Source: Candidatus Yanofskybacteria bacterium (GTDB taxonomy: Bacteria > Patescibacteriota > Minisyncoccia > 2-02-FULL-40-12 > IGHO2-12-FULL-4). From it: a stretch of 61,688 bases of DNA. The DNA is taken from contig JACPNK010000003.1 of the NCBI GenBank assembly GCA_016185525.1, forward strand, positions 1-61,688, in the 5' to 3' direction. The position numbers were made by a program, and so were the translations under genes. Below, in pieces: positions 8,179-16,397 of this stretch (position 1 is its first letter; the number at the start of each line of letters is the position of its first letter). A model generated the notes under the pieces. That model was not told the origin of the DNA, did no database searches, and worked only from the letters and a program-made list of their open reading frames with translations.

Positions 8179-9993
8179 ATGCAAACTTACTTACTCTTCG
8201 AAATAGCCAATTCCTGTGCCGGGTCGAGCAAATTAATTAAAAAATTAATAGATTCTCTGCCGGATACAAGCCTGCACCCGGCTTCGCCTCAACAAAAAAA
8301 TATTGGCGTTAAATTCCAAATTTATAAGTACAATGAAATTGCTTTGCCTGACTATGAATGGTATCCGGTTTATAAAGAGACTTTCGTAAATGCACAAAAC
8401 TGGAAAAAGATTTTTGTTCATACAAAGAGCAAAGGACTTGATGTTTGGATAGATGTTTTTGATCTTTACAGCGTTGAAGTGCTTAAAAATAATCTGCCCT
8501 TGGTAACCGGAATAAAACTGCAATCTTCGGTTTTAAATAATCTGAAAGTATTGACGGCTCTATCTGAAGCAATAAAAGATAGCAAGGTTAAAGTAATGTT
8601 AAATGTTGCGGGAAGAGATCTGCCAAATATCAAAGCCTTGCTCGCTGATATTAAGTCAAATTATTTCAATAATGAAATAACCCTTCAAGCCGGTTTTCAG
8701 GGCTATCCGACTGACAAAGAAGACTTGACCGTAAGCAAGGTCCGGATCTTAAAATCTGAATTTCCCGACACAATCGTATCTTATGCTGATCATGTTGACG
8801 GTTCTTCTCCTCTCGCTTTTGATATTCCGGTTTTCGCCGTGACGGCCGGAGCTGGACATATCGAAAAACATGTCTGCTTGGACAGGAAAAATACAAAATA
8901 CGACTTCCAGTCGGCAATTGAGCCTTACGAATGCGATTTACTAATCTATAAGATTAAAGATGCTGAAAAAATCTTGGGAACAAAATTTATACCCGACAAA
9001 GAAGCAAATTACCTAAAAACAACCATAGAAAAACCAATCGCCTCTGTTCCTCTGCGAGCTGGGGATATCATAAACTTCAAAAATTTTGATTTCAGAAGAA
9101 CTGGGCAGGACGGCCTGACTGTTGCCGAGATAAAAGATCTAATGAGTAAGAGGTATATACTTGCAAAAGACATAAAACCCGGAAAAACAATCACAAAAAC
9201 CGATCTTAAAAAAGCCCGGATAGGCGTAGTCATCGCCTGTCGAATGAAATCAACGCGCCTTAAGCACAAAGCCATACTACCCATTCAGGGCTTGGCATCA
9301 ATTGAAAGATGCATTCTGAACGCTAAAAAAATTAAATCAGCCGATGAAATAATCTTGGCCACATCAACCTTAGAGGAAGACCGGGTTCTGAAAAAATATG
9401 CCCTGAAACATAAGATTCATTTTTTTGCCGGAGATCCGGAAGATGTAATGCTCCGATACTTAGGCGTGGCCAAAAAATATAAACTTGACATCATCATCCG
9501 TGTTACCGGTGATTGTCCGATCGTGTCGTATGAAATGGCCGAATTTTTACTTGAAAAACACTTTGAACGCGGCAATGACTATACCGGCCCCAAAGATTAT
9601 TGCACCGGCCAAAACAGTGAAGTTTACAACGTAAACACTCTCAAAAGAGTCATGGAATACCTTGGCGACGCCAGACACTCCGAATATATGACCTGGTACA
9701 TGATAACCAACAAAGACATCTTTCAAGTTGATATGCATAACCTGCCCAAAGAATGGATTCGAACTTACCGGCTGACTTTGGATGTCCAAGAAGATTTGGA
9801 TATGTTCAACGCACTATTTGAAAAATTAGGCAAAAAAGAAGCCAGCATTAAAAATGTTTTTGCTGTTATTGATAAGGAGCCTTGGATCCACGAACTCAAC
9901 GACGCCATGGTCCTCAAATATAAATCGGACAAAAAGCTGATAGACATGTTAAACAAAGAAACACGGATAAATCCAAAAAGAATCACTAAATGA
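8179..9993 (+). CDS. Fusion protein: NeuB/SpsE-like TIM-barrel + SAF domain + SpsF-type cytidylyltransferase
   Basis: N-terminal LFEIANSCAGS and HIEKHVCLDR resemble NeuB motifs, with NH replaced by SC. A SAF-like segment (PLRAGDII...KPGKTITKTDL) follows. The C-terminal IACRMKSTRLKHKAILPI is the RMxSxRLxxK cytidylyltransferase motif. Confidence 0.7.
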   Translation: MQTYLLFEIANSCAGSSKLIKKLIDSLPDTSLHPASPQQKNIGVKFQIYKYNEIALPDYEWYPVYKETFVNAQNWKKIFVHTKSKGLDVWIDVFDLYSVEVLKNNLPLVTGIKLQSSVLNNLKVLTALSEAIKDSKVKVMLNVAGRDLPNIKALLADIKSNYFNNEITLQAGFQGYPTDKEDLTVSKVRILKSEFPDTIVSYADHVDGSSPLAFDIPVFAVTAGAGHIEKHVCLDRKNTKYDFQSAIEPYECDLLIYKIKDAEKILGTKFIPDKEANYLKTTIEKPIASVPLRAGDIINFKNFDFRRTGQDGLTVAEIKDLMSKRYILAKDIKPGKTITKTDLKKARIGVVIACRMKSTRLKHKAILPIQGLASIERCILNAKKIKSADEIILATSTLEEDRVLKKYALKHKIHFFAGDPEDVMLRYLGVAKKYKLDIIIRVTGDCPIVSYEMAEFLLEKHFERGNDYTGPKDYCTGQNSEVYNVNTLKRVMEYLGDARHSEYMTWYMITNKDIFQVDMHNLPKEWIRTYRLTLDVQEDLDMFNALFEKLGKKEASIKNVFAVIDKEPWIHELNDAMVLKYKSDKKLIDMLNKETRINPKRITK

Positions 9994-10559
9994 TAACTAT
10001 ATATATATTGGGCGGATTCTTAAAAAAAAATCGCGACGGAAGTTACAGCAGTGACGGGTTTAGCTACTTGAGAGTTTTGGCCGGATATTATCTTTACAAA
10101 AAATTATCCGAAAAGGACAAGGTTGAATTGATTGTTTCCGGGAGTAGGGGAATTTATAGAGGAATTCCTGACGTTCCTCGAGTAGCAACGGTAATGAAAC
10201 GGGAACTGATAAAATTGGGGCTAGACCCAAAAGAAATAAAAACAGACAAAACAGATTTTACTTACAAAGAGCTTGTCTGGCTGAAAAAATATATAGTTAA
10301 AAAAGCGGGCAAAGGATTCATTGTATCTAATGCCTATCACTTACCACGAATTAAAACTATGATTAGCCTTCTTCCAGAATTAAAAGAATTAAAAAATATA
10401 GTTAAATTAGTCCCCGCAGAAAAAATAGCAGTGAAACTTAATAAGAAATTAAAATCAAGAATTAAAAAAGATAATAAAAGTTTTGAAATGAAAAGAATTA
10501 TTGCTTCAGAGAAAAAAGGTATAAAAGCTCTAAAAGAAGGAAAGTATAAATTTACTTGA
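9990..10559 (+). CDS. DUF218/YdcF-like protein
   Basis: ILGGF...IVSGSRG and SNAYHLPRI match the DUF218 pattern (GG, SGG, HxxR). ATGA overlap with the upstream gene. Confidence 0.6.
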   Translation: MITIYILGGFLKKNRDGSYSSDGFSYLRVLAGYYLYKKLSEKDKVELIVSGSRGIYRGIPDVPRVATVMKRELIKLGLDPKEIKTDKTDFTYKELVWLKKYIVKKAGKGFIVSNAYHLPRIKTMISLLPELKELKNIVKLVPAEKIAVKLNKKLKSRIKKDNKSFEMKRIIASEKKGIKALKEGKYKFT

Positions 10560-10615
10560 CAAATTATCTGAAAAAATCTAAGATTCACCAGATTCTTTAA
10601 ATTTAAGGCTTAAAA

Positions 10616-11713
10616 ATGAACATAAAACCAATAAAGATTGATACGCCCAAAGGCACTCGTTTAATCGGCCCCGGCCAGCCGACTTTTATCGTTGCGGAAA
10701 TATCGTGCAACCATCAACAGAATTATGCCGAAGCAGTTAGGCTGGTAAAAGCCGCCGCTAAAGCCGGCGCTGATGCAGTCAAATTCCAAACCTACACCCC
10801 GGATACTATAACCTTAAATTGTGATAATCCCCTGTTTGTAATAGGCGGAAAAGATAACCCGGATTCGTGGCAAAAATTGACGTTCTATTCTATCTACCAA
10901 AAAGGTTACACGCCTTGGGAATGGCTGCCTAAACTTAAAAAACTGGCTAAATCTCTGGGCCTGGTCTTCTTCACTTCTGTCTTTGACGAAACGGCAGTTG
11001 ATTTTAACGAAAAAATGGGTGTTCCATTATATAAAGTCGCGGCTTACGAAGCAACCCACGTTCCTCTACTCAAAAAAATCGCTTCAACCGGCAAACCCGT
11101 TATAATTTCCATCGGATTCGCCTCTCAAAAAGAATCTCAAGAAGCGGTTGAAACACTTAGAAAAGCCGGGGCCAAAGAAATTGCAGTTCTGCACTGCTTG
11201 ACCTCATATGCGGCTACGCCTAACTCATCAACAACACATTTAGCAACAATCCGAGACATTGAGAACAGATTCAATGTTATCAGCGGGCTGTCTGATAATA
11301 ACGGGGGGATTGAACTGCCTGTTATGGCTGTTTTGTCCGGAGGGCATATAGTGGAAAAACATCTCAATATGCGCCACGGCAACAAAAGTTTTGATGACCG
11401 TTTTTCGATTGATCCCAAAGAACTGGCGATGATGGTAAAAAAGATTCGTGAAGCAGAAAAGTTTTTGGGCACAGTTCATTATGGACCAAACAACGACGCC
11501 GAAAAACACAACCGCAATTTTCGACGTTCAATTTTTGTTTCACAAGCCATTAAAAAGGGACAGAAATTTACAAGACAGAATATTAAAGTAGTCAGACCGG
11601 CATATGGTCTTCACACAAAATACTTTGATAAAGTTCTTGGCAAAGTTGCCTCGACAGACATTCAATTTGGCGATCCTTTAAAGTTCGCTCATGTTGTTGA
11701 CTTAAAGAAGTAA
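10616..11713 (+). CDS. pseI: Nonulosonic acid synthase, pseudaminic acid synthase (PseI)-like, with C-terminal SAF domain
   Basis: VAEISCNHQQ, KFQTYTPDTITL, YKVAAYE, GLSDN, VEKHL, and a C-terminal RRSIFV...KKGQKFTRQNIKVVRP...GLH SAF region. The pattern matches my recollection of PseI more closely than NeuB. Confidence 0.75.
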   Translation: MNIKPIKIDTPKGTRLIGPGQPTFIVAEISCNHQQNYAEAVRLVKAAAKAGADAVKFQTYTPDTITLNCDNPLFVIGGKDNPDSWQKLTFYSIYQKGYTPWEWLPKLKKLAKSLGLVFFTSVFDETAVDFNEKMGVPLYKVAAYEATHVPLLKKIASTGKPVIISIGFASQKESQEAVETLRKAGAKEIAVLHCLTSYAATPNSSTTHLATIRDIENRFNVISGLSDNNGGIELPVMAVLSGGHIVEKHLNMRHGNKSFDDRFSIDPKELAMMVKKIREAEKFLGTVHYGPNNDAEKHNRNFRRSIFVSQAIKKGQKFTRQNIKVVRPAYGLHTKYFDKVLGKVASTDIQFGDPLKFAHVVDLKK

Positions 11714-11747
11714 GACTGGTGAGATATAATCACACTGGTCTTTTTTT
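11714..11747 (+). terminator. Hairpin plus T7 run between pseI-like and hisH-like genes
   Basis: GACUGGUG (11714-11721) pairs with CACUGGUC (11733-11740), including two G-U pairs, followed by TTTTTTT (11741-11747). The loop contains TATAAT (11725-11730). The ATG at 11750 follows. Confidence 0.45.
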
Positions 11748-11749
11748 AT

Positions 11750-12358
11750 ATGATCGGAATTATAAATTATGGCGTCGGAAATTTAACATCCGTGAAAAAT
11801 TCACTGGACTTTTTAAATATTCCAAATGCCGTAACCGATAGGCCGGAGGAGATAAATAACTTTGATAAGATAATTCTGCCCGGAGTCGGCGCCTTCGGTG
11901 CCGCGATGGAAAAATTAAATAATTTCGGTTTTGCCGATAAAATTAAAAACTTTGCAAATGCCGGTAAGCCCGTTTTGGGAATTTGTTTGGGCATGCAGCT
12001 TCTTTTTGATGAGAGCCGAGAATACGGCCACCACAAAGGACTAGGCCTTATAAAAGGAAGGGTTCTGCCGTTCAGTGAAAAAGTCAAAAGTTTGCCTCTT
12101 CCTCAAATCGGATGGAATAACATAACCAAAGAAAATGCTTCGCCGCTTTTGGAAAACATTGAAGATAACTCAAGTTTTTATTTTGTCCATAGTTTTTACT
12201 GCAAACCCAAGAATCAAGATCTCGTAACGGCCAGCTCCGATTACGGGATAAAATTTGCAGCCGTTATCCACGAAAAGAACATCTTCGGCTGTCAATTTCA
12301 CCCAGAAAAAAGCCAGTCAGCCGGACTTCAGATTTTAAAAAACTTTAACGACTTATGA
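11750..12358 (+). CDS. hisH: Glutamine amidotransferase, HisH-like (WbuY-type in glycan loci)
   Basis: Class I GATase motifs: LPGVGAFG, GICLGMQLL (catalytic Cys), FHPEKS. No other his genes are in the window. Confidence 0.85.
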   Translation: MIGIINYGVGNLTSVKNSLDFLNIPNAVTDRPEEINNFDKIILPGVGAFGAAMEKLNNFGFADKIKNFANAGKPVLGICLGMQLLFDESREYGHHKGLGLIKGRVLPFSEKVKSLPLPQIGWNNITKENASPLLENIEDNSSFYFVHSFYCKPKNQDLVTASSDYGIKFAAVIHEKNIFGCQFHPEKSQSAGLQILKNFNDL

Positions 12359-13140
12359 TAAAAAGGAGATTAATTCCTGTGCTTTATATTAAGAATGGCT
12401 TTATTGTGAGAAGCGAAGGATTTTCGTACCATCATAATATAGGCAATGTGATAGCTGAAGCCGGACGATACAATGGTTGGGACGTTGACGAGTTGATCTA
12501 CATAGACATAAGCCGGGAAAAAAATTACGATCTTCGCCGCGACGACTATAACGTAAACTCCTATAACTCCATTGGCGCCATCATCAGCGAAATATCAAAG
12601 GTTTGTTTTATGCCCCTGACTTTCGGCGGAGGCATCCGAACCATTGATGATGTTAGTTTTAGAATACAAAACGGAGCTGACAAAGTAACTCTAAACACCG
12701 GAGCGTTTGAAAATCCAAAACTCATAACTCAAGTGGCTGAAAAATACGGCTCTCAAGCTATGGTAATTTCAGTAGACTATAAAATTATTGACGGCAAACC
12801 TGTTGTGTTTACCGACTTTGGCCAAAAAAATACCGGTAAACTTGTTTACGACTGGACGAAAGAATGCGAAAATTTAGGCGCCGGAGAAATATTTCTTAAT
12901 TCTGTTGATCGAGACGGGAAAGCCAACGGTTATGACACGGAAACCATCGGCAAAGTTGTCGCTTCCACCAAATTACCGGTAGTCGCCTGCGGCGGCGCCG
13001 GCAGTCCGGAGGATTTTGTAGATTTGGCAAAAAAAACGAATGTATCAGCGATAGCCGCCGGAAATATATTCCATTTCACCGAATTGAGTTACCCCAACGC
13101 AAAAATATTACTTAAAAAAGAAGGATTAAACTTTAGATGA
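12355..13140 (+). CDS. hisF: Imidazole-glycerol-phosphate-synthase cyclase subunit HisF-like (WbuZ-type)
   Basis: RLIPVLYIKNG...DELIYIDI...GGGIR...ACGGAG...AAGNIFHF is the HisF TIM-barrel pattern. ATGA overlap with the hisH-like gene. Confidence 0.85.
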   Translation: MIKRRLIPVLYIKNGFIVRSEGFSYHHNIGNVIAEAGRYNGWDVDELIYIDISREKNYDLRRDDYNVNSYNSIGAIISEISKVCFMPLTFGGGIRTIDDVSFRIQNGADKVTLNTGAFENPKLITQVAEKYGSQAMVISVDYKIIDGKPVVFTDFGQKNTGKLVYDWTKECENLGAGEIFLNSVDRDGKANGYDTETIGKVVASTKLPVVACGGAGSPEDFVDLAKKTNVSAIAAGNIFHFTELSYPNAKILLKKEGLNFR

Positions 13141-13143
13141 TAA

Positions 13144-14343
13144 ATGAATAAGGTCAAATATTGCACTAATTGCGTGTATCCGACAAGCTCGGCTGTTCCC
13201 CTTGCCTTTGATGACAAGGGGGTTTGTTCCGGTTGCCGAACCAGCCAAGAGAAAAAAAACATAAACTGGGACGAGCGCAAGAAAAAATTTGAGAAGCTTA
13301 TTGAAGAATACCGAAATAAAAACGGTACCGGTTACGATCTGATAATTCCTGTTTCCGGAGGCAAAGATAGTTATTTCCAAGTCCATCTGATGAAAAAGGT
13401 GTACGGACTAAATCCCCTGCTAGTTACATATAACGGCAACAACTATACTCCGACTGGCATGGAAAATTTGCTCAACATGCGAAATGTTTTCGGAGTAGAC
13501 CATGTATTTTTTACCGCCAATGTTAACGTGCTTAAAATTCTAAATCGTCTCGGCGTACAAATCTTAGGCGATATGCAATGGCATTACGCTTCCGGTATTT
13601 ATACTTATCCGATTAGAGTAGCCGTAGAAACCAAAACTCCTCTTATGCTCTGGGGAGAACACGGCCACATGGATTTGGGCGGAATGCATTCATACAATGA
13701 CTTTGTGGAATTTACATATCGCTATCGGCATGAGCATGTCATACGCGGATACGAGTGGACAGATTTTTTGAAACGCGCGCCGGAATTCGGCGAAAAACTC
13801 ACCAAGCAACAGCTAATCCCCTGGATGTATCCTTCGGACAAGGAGATAGCCGGTATCGGCGTCCGCGGCATTTACACCGCTAATTATTTTAAGTGGGACG
13901 CAAACATCCACGGACCGTTGATGATTAAAAAATATGGGTTTAAAGTGCCAAAAGAGCCATTTGAAAGAACATACAGAAAAATGTCCAACCTTGACGACAT
14001 GCACGAAAATGGCGTTCACGACTATTTGAAATTCATAAAATTCGGCTACGGCCGGGCAACCGACCATGCCTGCAAAGACATCCGCTCCGGGATTATGACC
14101 CGCGACCAAGCCATAAAAATCGTTAAAAAAATGGACTCCATAAAACCAAAGGACACTTACCGCTGGCTTAAATATGTCGGCTGGACAGAGAAAAAGTTTG
14201 ACCAAATCGCCGACACATTTCGCGACCCCAGAGTCTGGTGGATAAAAGACGGACAGTGGTGGAAAGATAACCTTTGGGGAAAACCATCATCTTATGGTAA
14301 AGTGCGCTTAGACCCTAAACAACAAAAAAAATATCAGGCTTAA
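13144..14343 (+). CDS. N-acetyl sugar amidotransferase (PP-loop ATPase, WbuX/PseA-like)
   Basis: N-terminal Cys cluster CTNCVYP...CSGC plus the PP-loop SGGKDS. Adjacency to the HisH/HisF homologs is the classic trio. Confidence 0.8.
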   Translation: MNKVKYCTNCVYPTSSAVPLAFDDKGVCSGCRTSQEKKNINWDERKKKFEKLIEEYRNKNGTGYDLIIPVSGGKDSYFQVHLMKKVYGLNPLLVTYNGNNYTPTGMENLLNMRNVFGVDHVFFTANVNVLKILNRLGVQILGDMQWHYASGIYTYPIRVAVETKTPLMLWGEHGHMDLGGMHSYNDFVEFTYRYRHEHVIRGYEWTDFLKRAPEFGEKLTKQQLIPWMYPSDKEIAGIGVRGIYTANYFKWDANIHGPLMIKKYGFKVPKEPFERTYRKMSNLDDMHENGVHDYLKFIKFGYGRATDHACKDIRSGIMTRDQAIKIVKKMDSIKPKDTYRWLKYVGWTEKKFDQIADTFRDPRVWWIKDGQWWKDNLWGKPSSYGKVRLDPKQQKKYQA

Positions 14344-14345
14344 CT

Positions 14346-14786
14346 ATGGAACTAACCGTCAGACCGGCACAACTTGGCGATGCGCAAAGAATTTGGGAAA
14401 TCAGAAACGAACCGGCATCTTTGGCAGTCGCGGCCAGCCAAGACATGATTCCTCTGGCTCAACATGTTGCTTGGTTCAATAATAAATACTTTGAGGACAA
14501 GGATAATGTTTGTTTTGTAGCTGAAGTTAATCAGAATGTCGTCGGATATTCCCGTTTTGATCTAAGCGGCGATCACTACCTAAACTCAATCGCCGTTTCA
14601 TCCTCAATGCATGGCAAAGGCATCGGCACTCTTCTGTTGGGTCAGTCCGTAGCACAGTTAAAAACAGACAAACCAATCCACGCCGAGGTGAGAAAATACA
14701 ATTTGGCATCCGTAAAAATATTTGAAAGGAACGGATTTCAAAAAATATCCGAAGACGACAAAAATATATATTACCAGTTAATATAA
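14346..14786 (+). CDS. GNAT-family N-acetyltransferase (possible PseH role)
   Basis: 146 aa. HGKGIGTLLL acetyl-CoA-binding motif (Q/RxxGxG/A-like). Located in the nonulosonate cluster. Confidence 0.7.
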   Translation: MELTVRPAQLGDAQRIWEIRNEPASLAVAASQDMIPLAQHVAWFNNKYFEDKDNVCFVAEVNQNVVGYSRFDLSGDHYLNSIAVSSSMHGKGIGTLLLGQSVAQLKTDKPIHAEVRKYNLASVKIFERNGFQKISEDDKNIYYQLI

Positions 14787-14812
14787 AAGACCCGAAAAGG
14801 TCTTTATCTTTT
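14787..14812. terminator. Hairpin terminator between convergent genes
   Basis: AGACC (14788-14792) pairs with GGTCT (14799-14803), flanked by an A-run upstream and T-rich sequence downstream. Confidence 0.55.
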
Positions 14813-14885
14813 GTTAGGATTCATGATAATTCAGAATAGCTTTCGCAACACGCTCGGTATAAATGACTATGGAAATGCCTTTGTG

Positions 14886-15344
14886 TTACCTTGCTTTTAC
14901 TGTCCAAACATCGCCCCACTTATACGGGTCAAAGCGTTTGTCATCTTTGAGAGATTCCTGCGTAGTGGCGCTTGAAGCGCAAACAAGAATAGTGTCGTCA
15001 GAAAGAGAAACCCAGCCGTTGGCATAAAAAGGCGGGATTATTATTAAATTATTTTTTCTTGCCGAGCTTACAAATTGAAACTTTTCGTCCGGTTTGTCGG
15101 GATTTAAAGCGACAAATTTTGCCGACCCGGACACGATAACAAAAAATTTCCATTCTTTTTTATGGTAGTGGAAACCCCGCACAATTCCTTTGCTATCATT
15201 ACAAACATAATACATTCTTTTAACCGCGACACTCTTGGGAGCAATTTCTTTTAAGCCGTTTATAAAAGGCGCAAAGATTCCTCTGTCATCGGCAAAAACA
15301 GGATATTCAACAGCTCTTGGCTTATTGTGGTTTATTTTTTCCAT
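14886..15344 (-). CDS. RmlC-like cupin sugar 3,5-epimerase/ketoisomerase
   Basis: DDRGIF...VRGFHYH...IIIPPFYANGW pattern of dTDP-4-dehydrorhamnose-epimerase-like cupins. Confidence 0.65.
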   Translation of the reverse strand: MEKINHNKPRAVEYPVFADDRGIFAPFINGLKEIAPKSVAVKRMYYVCNDSKGIVRGFHYHKKEWKFFVIVSGSAKFVALNPDKPDEKFQFVSSARKNNLIIIPPFYANGWVSLSDDTILVCASSATTQESLKDDKRFDPYKWGDVWTVKAR

Positions 15345-16309
15345 ATTTTTTTATTGTCCTTCATTAAACCCGCTAAATGTTTTTCATTAAAATGAACGGG
15401 TTCTTCCGAAGACGCTCTGTTAAGACTGGCGAGGGTCGCCATCTCTTTTATACCATGGCCTAAATTATATTTTAATCCCTTAAGCAGTCCCGCTTTTTTT
15501 GCCTTATCCGTGTCAACGTGATAATTGCGTTCATCTTGAAATGGCTGTTCGGTCGCTTCAACTTTGCAATTTGTCAATTTGCCGATTTTTTTGGCCAAGT
15601 CTTTTATTTGAGAATTTTCGGTAGTAAGATTGTAAATTCCTTTTGCGCTGCTACCGAGACCGTTAACAAAAGCTCTGGCAATATCTTTTACGTGGATAAA
15701 AGGCCTCCACTGGGTGCCGCCAAAATAAGTTAGCTTACCCTCATTAACAGCCTTAAAACTTAATAAGTTAACGGCTAGGTCTAGACGAATTCTAGAATGA
15801 TGGTCAGAAACGCCGTAAGCGGTGCCGACGCGATATATCAAAACATTCGGATGTTTGGCAAGGACTGACTCTACTTCCAGTTTGCTTTTGGCGTAAAGCG
15901 AGAGGGGTTGCGTCGGCGACAGTTCGTCAAGCATTGAAACGCTCTTGCCGTAAACCGAACAAGTTGAAGCAAAAAGTATCCGTCCCTTATAATTTTTGAC
16001 TAGCCACTTAACAGGTTCAACGTTAACCGCTCTGGTCATCCATTCGTCTATCTGACAGCCCGGGTCGCCGACAATCGCCGCCAGCCAAATAATATGAGTG
16101 TACTTGGGCAGTATGGATTTGAGTCTTTTATAATCCCGAATATCGCCATAAATAAAATCAACCGGTTTCATATATTGATGCTCGTAAACAAGCTTGTCGT
16201 AAACGCTGAATGAGATTTTTTTAGCAAGCAAAACATCAGTTATCGCCCCACCAATATAGCCGGCTCCGCCAACCACAAGAACGTTGATTTTTTGAGAATT
16301 TCTAATCAT
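15332..16309 (-). CDS. NAD-dependent sugar epimerase/dehydratase (extended SDR)
   Basis: VVGGAGYIGG Rossmann motif, STCSVYG, YAKSK catalytic YxxxK. Confidence 0.8.
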   Translation of the reverse strand: MIRNSQKINVLVVGGAGYIGGAITDVLLAKKISFSVYDKLVYEHQYMKPVDFIYGDIRDYKRLKSILPKYTHIIWLAAIVGDPGCQIDEWMTRAVNVEPVKWLVKNYKGRILFASTCSVYGKSVSMLDELSPTQPLSLYAKSKLEVESVLAKHPNVLIYRVGTAYGVSDHHSRIRLDLAVNLLSFKAVNEGKLTYFGGTQWRPFIHVKDIARAFVNGLGSSAKGIYNLTTENSQIKDLAKKIGKLTNCKVEATEQPFQDERNYHVDTDKAKKAGLLKGLKYNLGHGIKEMATLASLNRASSEEPVHFNEKHLAGLMKDNKKIWKK

Positions 16310-16355
16310 TTTGCTATAATAACAAAGATAAGTCGCAAAGCAAGATGTCTACCTG

Positions 16356-16382
16356 TTGACATCTTTTGACACCTTTTGATAC
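16356..16382 (+). promoter_or_regulatory. Phased triple TTGAY motif, copy 3 (TTGACATCTTTTGACACCTTTTGATAC)
   Basis: Hexamers at 16356, 16366 and 16376. The motif ends 15 nt before the ATG at 16398. Located in a divergent intergenic region. Confidence 0.6.
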
Positions 16383-16397
16383 TCTTAAGACGTCCTT

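Noticed and set aside
11750-13140. hisH/hisF as histidine biosynthesis genes.
   Set aside because: No other his genes flank them. They sit directly upstream of a PP-loop N-acetyl sugar amidotransferase, which is the known WbuX/WbuY/WbuZ-type arrangement for acetamidino sugar formation. They are still labelled hisH/hisF by homology.
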